A stretch of DNA of 64,000 nt from a virus. Positions 19,210 to 26,980 of the stretch are shown piece after piece. Numbering within the stretch: position 1 is the first letter of the stretch; the number at the start of each line of letters is the position of its first letter. The translations under genes were made by a program, and so were the position numbers. The notes beneath the pieces were generated by a model. The model made no database searches, was not told the origin of the DNA, and saw nothing but the letters and a program-made list of their open reading frames with translations. Where the stretch lies: IMG/VR virus record IMGVR_UViG_3300003690_000003, positions 32,001-96,000 of that record. One strand, 5' to 3'.

Positions 19210-19592
19210 AATGTCATGTTTTCTATTCTGCCGTCTCTGTTGGTGTATACCACCCTCTTAACGCCTACATGCTTCATGGCGCTTTCGCACATGGGGCACG
19301 GCTTGCTCATGCGCGATTGTCCTTCCCTGTTAATCCTAACCACATAGATGGTTGAACCTTGGGTAATGTTCCGATCTATTCCTAGAATCGCTCCTAGTTC
19401 TGCGTGCAGGGTGGCGTCGCCATCATTATGTTCTCGAAAACGTTTTCCAAACCCACAGTGGCGGTGCTTATTGCAAGCTACATTACGAATAGAGCTGCCC
19501 TTTACGAGGATAGCTCCGTGTCTAAATTTGCCATAGTTTGATTGTTCTGCGATCTTCTTGGCGAAGGATATATAACGTCGTTGTTTCCCCAT
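19206..19592 (-). CDS. Zn-dependent cytidine/dCMP-type deaminase
   Basis: HGAILV, HAE, SKPCPMC, GVKRVVY; likely start ATG 19592. Confidence 0.85.
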   Translation of the reverse strand: MGKQRRYISFAKKIAEQSNYGKFRHGAILVKGSSIRNVACNKHRHCGFGKRFREHNDGDATLHAELGAILGIDRNITQGSTIYVVRINREGQSRMSKPCPMCESAMKHVGVKRVVYTNRDGRIENMTL

Positions 19593-19597
19593 ACCAT

Positions 19598-19625
19598 AGT
19601 ATACACTATGGGCTGTGGGTGTCAA
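19598..19625 (-). promoter_or_regulatory. sigma70-type promoter, probably yielding a near-leaderless deaminase mRNA
   Basis: TTGACA-16 nt-TATACT ending 5 nt before the ATG. Confidence 0.6.
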
Positions 19626-19639
19626 GGATTAAAAGAGGC

Positions 19640-19906
19640 TTATTCTCTCTCCCGCAGCCCCAACGCTGCCAGTGCAGGAAGCAATTGCTTAGTTGCCTGA
19701 ACAATCTCATAACCCTTGTCGACCCATTTCTGCGCATGCTCTGCGGCTTCCTCGGCAGTGTTGGCACCGCCCCAGAGCCCTGTCGTCCCTGTAGAAGTAG
19801 CCTTTCTAGCTAAAAAATGAAAATCGGGAAAAACAGTTTTAATGCCCGGGCCTCTCTCTACTTCTTCCCTGATAATCTCTTTTAATCTTTGTTTGGTGAG
19901 TTTCAC
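19640..19906 (-). CDS. Small protein with N-terminal KLTKQRLKEIIREE tag (putative internal head protein)
   Basis: GTG start overlapping the upstream TAG; tag shared with two neighbours. Confidence 0.65.
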   Translation of the reverse strand: MKLTKQRLKEIIREEVERGPGIKTVFPDFHFLARKATSTGTTGLWGGANTAEEAAEHAQKWVDKGYEIVQATKQLLPALAALGLRERE

Positions 19907-20262
19907 TACACTTTCCCCTGCCATCCAGTGCCGCCCTCTTTCTTCTCTTTACGGCCGGCTTTCTTGAATCTCTTAGCTAAAGCTTTACGCTTAGGGGTAC
20001 ACGTAGACTTGGTCATGGGTGTACAATATCCTTTGTGCTCAGGATCTACAGCTTTTTGAATCCAGTCCTTCTTCTTCTTCTTTTTCTTCTTCTCGTCAAG
20101 ATTATCTTCGCTGAGATATTCTTCGATCTCTTCCATCCCCATTTGTTCAAGGCGCGTGCGATTGAAAGATTCACTCTTCTCTCTGCGTTCCTGCTCCTGC
20201 TCACTAATAGAAGCAATCTCTTCTCTAATGATTTGTAGTAGTTTTTGTTTAGATAAATTCAT
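19906..20262 (-). CDS. Small basic protein with N-terminal NLSKQKLLQIIREE tag
   Basis: Shared tag, poly-Lys run, CTPMTKSTCTP. Confidence 0.65.
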   Translation of the reverse strand: MNLSKQKLLQIIREEIASISEQEQERREKSESFNRTRLEQMGMEEIEEYLSEDNLDEKKKKKKKKDWIQKAVDPEHKGYCTPMTKSTCTPKRKALAKRFKKAGRKEKKEGGTGWQGKV

Positions 20263-20267
20263 TTGTT

Positions 20268-20618
20268 TTAATCCTTTGCTGGCGTTACGTGTCCCGGCAA
20301 ACTCTTAAGATGCTTGGGTTCCTTCGACTTGTGCTGCTTTACTTTTTGACCAAGCTTTGCTAGGCTTCTCAACTCTTTAGTAGTTATCTCTCCCTTATAC
20401 AAATCTAAAGCGGCACCCTTTAACTTACTCGTGGGAGTGTCCCCTCTCCGCGCAGACAAAGCCATCCCCGCCGCTTTCTGTTGCGCCTGGGATTCCGTGG
20501 AGCCCTGCTCACGATAGGGAGGGTCACCAACAGTCTTGTCTGCTTTGTTACCTTCGTCTACAAAAGACTGAAGTTCTTCTCTAATAATCTCTTGAAGTCT
20601 TTGCTTGGTAAGTTTCAC
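20268..20618 (-). CDS. Small protein with N-terminal KLTKQRLQEIIREE tag
   Basis: Shared tag; GGAGAGGG SD-like sequence. Confidence 0.65.
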   Translation of the reverse strand: MKLTKQRLQEIIREELQSFVDEGNKADKTVGDPPYREQGSTESQAQQKAAGMALSARRGDTPTSKLKGAALDLYKGEITTKELRSLAKLGQKVKQHKSKEPKHLKSLPGHVTPAKD

Positions 20619-20627
20619 TGCCCTCTC

Positions 20628-20774
20628 CTAAAGTAAGGAACAGTGTCCAAGAACAAGTCCAACAGCAAGAGCTGCAGCACTATTCGCCGCCAAAAGAACA
20701 TAAAGTTCACGGGGGGCGCGTAGTAAAGCAACGTTCTTTGCCAGAGATAAACTATCTAAAAGTAATTTCTTCAT
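20628..20774 (-). CDS. 48-aa hydrophobic peptide
   Basis: Manual translation MKKLLLDSL...AAALAVGLVLGHCSLL; AAGGA SD; downstream of a late-type motif. Confidence 0.55.
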   Translation of the reverse strand: MKKLLLDSLSLAKNVALLRAPRELYVLLAANSAAALAVGLVLGHCSLL

Positions 20775-20819
20775 TATACTATTCCTTATAAGTCGACATC
20801 AAGTGTCAATAATAAATAG

Positions 20820-21929
20820 TCACTCATCGTCTAAAGTATAATGGTCTTCTGCGTTCCCCGTGCGATTATCAAACTTCATTATGATCTCTTCATCCATGAT
20901 ATCATATACGCGTTCCCTAAACCGCTCATCTTCTAGCTTATCCACCCAGTGAGCTGCCTGAAACTTTTCTTCGGACCCATCGTCATGTACCAAAGCATAC
21001 CAAGCACCCGTTTGCTTAAGGTTCTCCGAAGACTTAATAGCTTCGAGCCAGGATTCCTCGTCCTGAACTCCAACATCTTCTCCCCATAAAATCTTAAAAG
21101 CGCAGTTACGACCCTGCGTCCCAAAGCGAGATTTCTCTAGCTTAACCTTAACTTCCGATCCGATACGGAAACCATTATTGTCCAGAACAAAACTAGCTTT
21201 AGCCTTCCGTCCCGTCAGCCACACACGCAGAGAGTAGGCATAAATCATTGCCTTCCCTCCCGGAGTGACATAGGGAGTGGTCATGGCTTCGGCTGGAAAT
21301 CTTGTGATATTAGTCTTCAACTGGTTGAGTACTAAGAAGGATGACTGGCTGTTCGCAATGGGAATGGTTAGCTTAGACATACCCTTGGCGAGGATGCGGG
21401 CTTTCACTGCCATCGACGATTGAGGATTAAAATCTCCCTCCACATCCGAAATGGACGGCGTAAGTGCTAGTGAATCCCAGATGAACAACATTTTCTCGGC
21501 TCCGCTATTAAGGATTTGTTCAATAGTTTCAAGCACTTGCTCGACTGACTGGACCTGAACATAAATAAGTGTCTCCAAATCGCACCCGGCACGTTCTAGG
21601 AAGGCCGGATCGATTGCAGACTCCGCATCCATGTAGATTACATTCATACCCATTCGCTGGGCATTGCCGGCGATCTGTGCGGCCATGAAAGACTTACCTG
21701 TGGACTCCAACCCGGCGATTTCTGAAATCTTTCCGACAGGAATACCCGCAAGCTTGCCGCGGCAGATAATACTATCGAGCCAACGAGAACCTGTAGGAAT
21801 CCACTCTTTAACTTCTGTTGGGTTCTCTTCTTTAAGGTTATATGCGACTTCCATTCCGGAAGCCTTGTTAATAAGGGAACGCAGTTCTCCTACGGATACT
21901 GTCCCTACTTTTGATTTTGATTTTGCCAC
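20820..21929 (-). CDS. recA: RecA/UvsX recombinase
   Basis: IPTGS, EIAGLESTGKS, YMDAE, IWDS, LNQLK, TPGGKA. Confidence 0.95.
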   Translation of the reverse strand: MAKSKSKVGTVSVGELRSLINKASGMEVAYNLKEENPTEVKEWIPTGSRWLDSIICRGKLAGIPVGKISEIAGLESTGKSFMAAQIAGNAQRMGMNVIYMDAESAIDPAFLERAGCDLETLIYVQVQSVEQVLETIEQILNSGAEKMLFIWDSLALTPSISDVEGDFNPQSSMAVKARILAKGMSKLTIPIANSQSSFLVLNQLKTNITRFPAEAMTTPYVTPGGKAMIYAYSLRVWLTGRKAKASFVLDNNGFRIGSEVKVKLEKSRFGTQGRNCAFKILWGEDVGVQDEESWLEAIKSSENLKQTGAWYALVHDDGSEEKFQAAHWVDKLEDERFRERVYDIMDEEIIMKFDNRTGNAEDHYTLDDE

Positions 21930-22873
21930 TATTTTCTCCCAATCATTAGTATTTCTCGTGCCTTCTTGGCCTCATATAAAGTGTTGCCGTCTTCATCAAT
22001 GCCGACTTGCTTTCTACGGCCCGCTGTATATGTAACATCGAAGTATACAATATCATTCTTTCCTTTTCGGCTTTCGAAGAAGTCATCTTCTTCATCTTCA
22101 ACCACCCTATTAGATAGCATAACATAGGCACCAAGTTTTGTCGAGTCATTTAAAAATTTAATCACGCGCTCCTGCCATACATCATCAAAATCCACTCCAT
22201 ATTGTGTAAACGATCCGCGATAGGGAGGATCAAGAAAAACGTATGAGTTTTCCTTAATGTAGGGCATTAGTTTCCCAAAATCGCCTGATAATAGTATCGT
22301 CTTCCGCAAGGCTTTAGACCACTCTAAAACATTCTGTTTGTCATATACTTTTTTGTCATGATTTAACAGCCCAGAGGGAGTAGCATAACGATCTCCCGAC
22401 TCCTTCGTAGTCTGCCAAATGCCATTAAATCCTGTCTTCAAAAGAAAATATAATACCGCATCTTCCTCTGTATTGCTCCATTTTTTATGGTCATGTATAT
22501 ATTCATCTAAAAGATTATAATAAAACTTCTTTCTTTCCCCTCCGACAAGCTCTTTATCCGGCTTAAAAAAACGAGAGTACGCAACATGGTGTTCGTTGTT
22601 CAGTGGAAGATACTCGGCCTCCAGCTCATCTACTTTGGTTAGAAAATTATTACAGTCCCCCCGAATGGTCCTATATATATTCATAATGTACTTGTTGTAA
22701 TCGTTTAAGATAAAGGTGGCATTTTTATTTCTATTGTATACCCATACAAACATAGCGCCAGCACCCATAAAGGGTTCAACATAATGCTCGACTGTTCTGG
22801 GAAGAACATCTCTTACTTTATACTTCTTAATGAGGCGTGTCTTGCCGCCTGCCCACATGAACAAAGGTTTCAT
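21929..22873 (-). CDS. Dam-type (D12, alpha class) N6-adenine DNA methyltransferase
   Basis: WAGGK, YVEPFMGAGA, ILND, FLDPPY, MLSN. Confidence 0.93.
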   Translation of the reverse strand: MKPLFMWAGGKTRLIKKYKVRDVLPRTVEHYVEPFMGAGAMFVWVYNRNKNATFILNDYNKYIMNIYRTIRGDCNNFLTKVDELEAEYLPLNNEHHVAYSRFFKPDKELVGGERKKFYYNLLDEYIHDHKKWSNTEEDAVLYFLLKTGFNGIWQTTKESGDRYATPSGLLNHDKKVYDKQNVLEWSKALRKTILLSGDFGKLMPYIKENSYVFLDPPYRGSFTQYGVDFDDVWQERVIKFLNDSTKLGAYVMLSNRVVEDEEDDFFESRKGKNDIVYFDVTYTAGRRKQVGIDEDGNTLYEAKKAREILMIGRK

Positions 22874-23511
22874 TACTTACGTAGGCCCGTGTCTAGAGTG
22901 CGCAACTTTTCCAATAGCTGCCTGCGCTGAGGTTCATCATCAATATCAATATCGTTTAGAAGTTGTCCCACAAGGGCCTTGATGGGCTTGTTGAGGTGGC
23001 AACGAAGCGCTTTACGAATATGTTCCACTACGTGTTGTTTAAAAGTGTCATCACACTGTACATTTTCGAGCACAGTCACACCAGCAAAGCGATTAGTATC
23101 AATAAACGGGCCGGTGGCACCCCCCGCATCCTTCTTCAGGAACCCAACACCGCCGCATGATATAAAAAGTTGCTCCGGCTCTACAAAAGTAAGATAATGA
23201 TCACCGCGCTGGCAAGCGTTGGCGCGGGCTGTCTGAAACTTATCTTCAAAAATCGCGATCAAGTGCCACTGGCCCGCTGGATCCTTCCACCAAAGAAATC
23301 CGCCATCAGCTCTATATTCCTGTGAGTTCCCTTTGGCAGTTCTTGAGTACGGGCACTTCCCGTCTGTGATCTGTTCAATTGAAAGAGATCCCGTCAGTTT
23401 GTACTCTGGCCCTAATTCTCTTACGGCGCTAACAATGATTTGTCTATGTCTTTCCTCTGATTCCTTAGACTTTGCGGTTGTAAACCCCTCTGTTCCCTTC
23501 GGCGCTGTCAT
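22873..23511 (-). CDS. Putative EcoRI/MunI-like PD-(D/E)xK restriction endonuclease
   Basis: ADGGFLWWKDPAGQWHLIAIFEDKFQ...ANACQR parallels the EcoRI catalytic segment as I recall it (PDGG...W....AEAKHQ...GNAIER); directly abuts the MTase. Confidence 0.6.
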   Translation of the reverse strand: MTAPKGTEGFTTAKSKESEERHRQIIVSAVRELGPEYKLTGSLSIEQITDGKCPYSRTAKGNSQEYRADGGFLWWKDPAGQWHLIAIFEDKFQTARANACQRGDHYLTFVEPEQLFISCGGVGFLKKDAGGATGPFIDTNRFAGVTVLENVQCDDTFKQHVVEHIRKALRCHLNKPIKALVGQLLNDIDIDDEPQRRQLLEKLRTLDTGLRK

Positions 23512-23528
23512 TTTTTTCCCTAAATATT

Positions 23529-23568
23529 TGAGGGCCCTATACCCCGGAGCCCCCCGCTGGGGGGATCC
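23529..23568 (-). repeat. GC-rich intergenic double-hairpin element, copy B
   Basis: Sense CCCCCC-AGC-GGGGGG overlapping GGGGGCTC-CGGGGTATA-GGGCCCTC. Confidence 0.55.
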
Positions 23569-24045
23569 TTACCACTCTACTGAAAGGGTTCCGTTTTTGG
23601 TTGGAATGTTTACCTTCCACCCATTCACAACACTCGGGTGGTCTACAATCTGTGAGACGGCCACCTTCACCGTCGCCTTCACATCGCAACGGCCGCGTTT
23701 ATAGTCATAACGCTCGGTATTCGTTTCCAGCCAATCATAGTCATAGTGCGTAGTACGCAACACTTCGGCGAGATATTCCTGAAAAGTAAAATCGTACCCA
23801 TACTCGTCAAGCAAGCCGTCGTCGCGCATATCTTGCAAAATATCGGCCGTCCCGTGTGTGGTGGCTACGGTTACTCCGCTGGTGGCCAAAAGCCCTGCAA
23901 GAGTCTCAGCTGTTGTTGTCTCAAGAAGAGCATCATCAATGTAATCGTCTGTATAGTGAAATACGTCAGCACCATCTGTATGTATTAGTGTCGCAACGGC
24001 ATCCGGTGCCAGATCTACCGTCTTTAAAACTTCGTTTAAACTCAT
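23569..24045 (-). CDS. Hypothetical acidic protein
   Basis: 158-aa ORF in gene order. Confidence 0.7.
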   Translation of the reverse strand: MSLNEVLKTVDLAPDAVATLIHTDGADVFHYTDDYIDDALLETTTAETLAGLLATSGVTVATTHGTADILQDMRDDGLLDEYGYDFTFQEYLAEVLRTTHYDYDWLETNTERYDYKRGRCDVKATVKVAVSQIVDHPSVVNGWKVNIPTKNGTLSVEW

Positions 24046-24066
24046 TTTATCTCTTTCGTATTTATG

Positions 24067-24101
24067 TGAGGCCCCTGTAACCCCGGGCCTCCCTGCGGGA
24101 G
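24067..24101 (-). repeat. GC-rich intergenic double-hairpin element, copy A
   Basis: Sense CTCCC-GCA-GGGAG overlapping GAGGCCC-GGGGTTACAG-GGGCCTC. Confidence 0.55.
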
Positions 24102-24113
24102 TGGAGGGCTAGG

Positions 24114-24896
24114 CTATAGAGCGCCCAGCTCAGCAAATGCAGCGTCTACCGCATTAGGCTCTTCATCAGTGGTCGTAGAGGTGCCACCAAACTTTTGGGT
24201 CTCGGATGAAACCGCCTCGGGGTCCGCTACACCCGCGTTTACAAAGGTGTCAAGCAGCGCGCCCACTTCTTCAGCAGTCTTGCGCTCGAACAAGTCTTCC
24301 AGTTCTGGAATACTCTCAAGCAGTTCCGAACACTTCTCCGGCGTCATATCCTCACATAACTCGGTGCTACGTCGACGAGGTACAAGCTTTGTCTGCGGGA
24401 ACGAAGCACCTACGGGCTTTCCATAAGTCATGGTAAGATCGGTGCCGGTCTCAGGATCGGTGATATCACCATACTCTGGATTAAGCACGAGACTGAGAAG
24501 ATTCTCATATGCCATCTTGCCATACCCCCAGATACGTACACCCTTATCTTCTTCGCCACGTACGAACACCGGCGAGAAGAAGCGCGGCCGAACGAATAGG
24601 CTCTTAGCCACCTTCTTACTTTCATCATCATTGTTGTCTACACCATCGCGCCAAAGCTGCGAAGCAAACTCACACACGGGGCATTCCTCCGCATAGTTAC
24701 GCTTGGGACATAAAAATCCCGGAGTATTTCCGAGGTTATAATGGAACCACTTCTCCTTGAAGGGATCTCCATCGGGAGTCGGAACAATACGAATGTCCTG
24801 GTTCCCATCTTCGGGACGCCAAAAGTTGTCCCTATCGCCGCCTTGTCCTTTGAGAGTGGCTAGCTTTGCTCTCATTTTTTCTAAATCGATACCCAT
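24114..24896 (-). CDS. Single-stranded DNA-binding protein (T4 gp32-like)
   Basis: FWRP...IRIVP, Zn ligands H...CP...CPVC, DITDPETGTD, acidic tail. Confidence 0.85.
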   Translation of the reverse strand: MGIDLEKMRAKLATLKGQGGDRDNFWRPEDGNQDIRIVPTPDGDPFKEKWFHYNLGNTPGFLCPKRNYAEECPVCEFASQLWRDGVDNNDDESKKVAKSLFVRPRFFSPVFVRGEEDKGVRIWGYGKMAYENLLSLVLNPEYGDITDPETGTDLTMTYGKPVGASFPQTKLVPRRRSTELCEDMTPEKCSELLESIPELEDLFERKTAEEVGALLDTFVNAGVADPEAVSSETQKFGGTSTTTDEEPNAVDAAFAELGAL

Positions 24897-24927
24897 TTTA
24901 TTTTCCTTTCACTGGGTTAGAGTACGA

Positions 24928-25785
24928 TCAGCCAATATCCTGATCGTCTAGTTCATCTATATATGATTGTACCACAGAACTATATTTAACGCAATAACAA
25001 TATTTCTGTTCGTAGTTCGTTTTGTATACTCCGTAGGACACATTAATCTTTTCTTCTACTTTGTCTTTGACATATTCTTTAATTTTGTTAAAGAGTGTTC
25101 CATCTGTCTTCAAATCATTCTCATTGATACCATAATAGTATACCACGTCCCTCAGCATTTGCAAGTCATAAAACCATTTTTCTTCATTTTTTTCTACATC
25201 CACCACTCCTAGTGTAGATATCCTAGCAATCTCATGAGGTTCTGTAAATGTCCCCAAAATTGGTTCGGAGTTTTTAAAAACGTTTACCATGTGTAACGTG
25301 TTTACAACTGCCTGATTTATAGTATCATAATAGCTTATGATCGGAATGTCTCCGATGCTTTTTTCTATCTGTCCGTTGGAAACCAGGTAGATTCTTTCAA
25401 ACATTCCTGATCTAGCGTACTCTTGAAAAACGTTCTTCACGATCCTCTCCTGTACCGCTTCAGTTTCACTTAGAAGCGAGACATCCGGCTCTATGTACAG
25501 AACGGTTACAGAAACGTCTGAGAGTTGCTCTAAGAGCCTCAGAGCGGCGCCTGTGATGCTCCCCGCGCCACATAGGACGAAGATAACATCCCCGGAGATC
25601 TGTTGCAAGTCTTTTTTGAAGTTTGGGAACTTTTTTTCGTACTCTTCATGAGATTTCTGCTTTGGAATATCGAAACAGTTTTCTCCGACAAGCCCGGTAT
25701 CAAACTTATAGATTTTGTACTGAGGAAACTTCGAAAAGCAGTCCGCAATTGCGCAACCGGCTTTCCCTAAGCCAATAATGTTCAT
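24928..25785 (-). CDS. Divergent tubulin/FtsZ-fold protein
   Basis: IIGLGKAGCAIA (T1), CGAGSITGA (degenerate T4 loop), YIEP, YLVSN, YDTINQAV, in FtsZ order. Confidence 0.7.
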   Translation of the reverse strand: MNIIGLGKAGCAIADCFSKFPQYKIYKFDTGLVGENCFDIPKQKSHEEYEKKFPNFKKDLQQISGDVIFVLCGAGSITGAALRLLEQLSDVSVTVLYIEPDVSLLSETEAVQERIVKNVFQEYARSGMFERIYLVSNGQIEKSIGDIPIISYYDTINQAVVNTLHMVNVFKNSEPILGTFTEPHEIARISTLGVVDVEKNEEKWFYDLQMLRDVVYYYGINENDLKTDGTLFNKIKEYVKDKVEEKINVSYGVYKTNYEQKYCYCVKYSSVVQSYIDELDDQDIG

Positions 25786-26972
25786 TATAGGTTTAAATCC
25801 TTCATATCTCCGAAGTTTTTACCGAGAGTTGTGTTTACCTTGTAATCACCGAAAGGAGTCGTACCAAAAATCTTTATTAGCTCTGGAATAATCTGACGCT
25901 CTCCGTGTTTTAAATCTATAACAATCGAATCGTGCATCATAAAAGCTATGTTGCTTTCTTTCTCTTGTAAGCTATTGTGAATCTCAACTGCTTTACTCAA
26001 AACCAAATCGCTCGTTGTGCTCTGTATAATATAGTTCAAAGCGTGATGGTTGTCAACCCCTTTTATGTCTCTCCCAAACTCTGTGTGTATATCATGACCG
26101 TTCCAGTACTTTTCTTTAACGAGGCTTTTATCGTAAAAGGTCTCAGCTTTCTTATTCTTTCGATGAGAATACAGCCACTCAAAAATCTTCTGCTTTGCCT
26201 GCGGTCGGTCAAGCTTGCCGCCATAAATGTTCTGAATATTCCACTCGTGAATATCGTCCTCGGGCTGTGGTGTTCCCGAGAGGCCCAACAGTGTCCTTAC
26301 TTCGGCCGCGTTATAATCCAACTCCAAAAACCAATCATTTTGAGGATGAAGACATCCACGAAAGTCTCTATGCAGAGTCAAAATAGGAAATGTCTTCGGC
26401 ATCGTTGTGAGTCTTCCTGTCACAGTCCCGAATGGATTATAATCGCATATCCAATCAACTTCTTGAAGTTTCTTGGCAAAGTTTTTTCCTTTCACCGACA
26501 CCAATTTTGTCATGATGGGTTCCGTATCTATATTCAAGGGTTGTTCTTTAAGATCCCCAAGCATTTTAATAACATCCACCATAAAATCATGATTAAGGGG
26601 CCGCTTGTGACTCATTAAAATATGCTTTGTAATCTCATTCTTGGCATCACAAAGTTCATAGAGGAAAAACTCTGGGATCAAATTATAGATACAAGTCTCA
26701 TTTAAATTAATCTTGGCTATTTGAAATGACTTGAGGAAGGCATGCAGCCGTTTGGTAATGCTATCCCATACAGGCTTGAGTTCTGGCGGGCAGGCTTCGG
26801 CTAATGTGAGACCCCCGTTATAAATGCGTGCGTATTCTACGTGGCGCTCCTTTAAAGAAGGAGAGTAGTACCATGTCTTGTCGGCAGTTTGCGGGAGATC
26901 TTGATAATAAAGTTCATTATCAGCGTAATATCCTAAACACTCGCCTTTGCTATCCAGCGTTTGAAAATACAA
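25785..26972 (-). CDS. Minimal family-A DNA polymerase (palm/fingers only)
   Basis: TVTGRL, motif A LDYNAAEVR, DIH, motif B RPQAKQKIFEWLY, NYIIQSTTSD, motif C MHDS; 395 aa. Confidence 0.85.
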   Translation of the reverse strand: MYFQTLDSKGECLGYYADNELYYQDLPQTADKTWYYSPSLKERHVEYARIYNGGLTLAEACPPELKPVWDSITKRLHAFLKSFQIAKINLNETCIYNLIPEFFLYELCDAKNEITKHILMSHKRPLNHDFMVDVIKMLGDLKEQPLNIDTEPIMTKLVSVKGKNFAKKLQEVDWICDYNPFGTVTGRLTTMPKTFPILTLHRDFRGCLHPQNDWFLELDYNAAEVRTLLGLSGTPQPEDDIHEWNIQNIYGGKLDRPQAKQKIFEWLYSHRKNKKAETFYDKSLVKEKYWNGHDIHTEFGRDIKGVDNHHALNYIIQSTTSDLVLSKAVEIHNSLQEKESNIAFMMHDSIVIDLKHGERQIIPELIKIFGTTPFGDYKVNTTLGKNFGDMKDLNL

Positions 26973-26980
26973 GTGGCCTC

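Noticed and set aside
18761-26618. Long plus-strand ORFs (e.g. 18761..19261, 18817..19347, 25977..26618)
   Set aside because: Antisense shadows of well-supported minus-strand genes, with no recognisable motifs.
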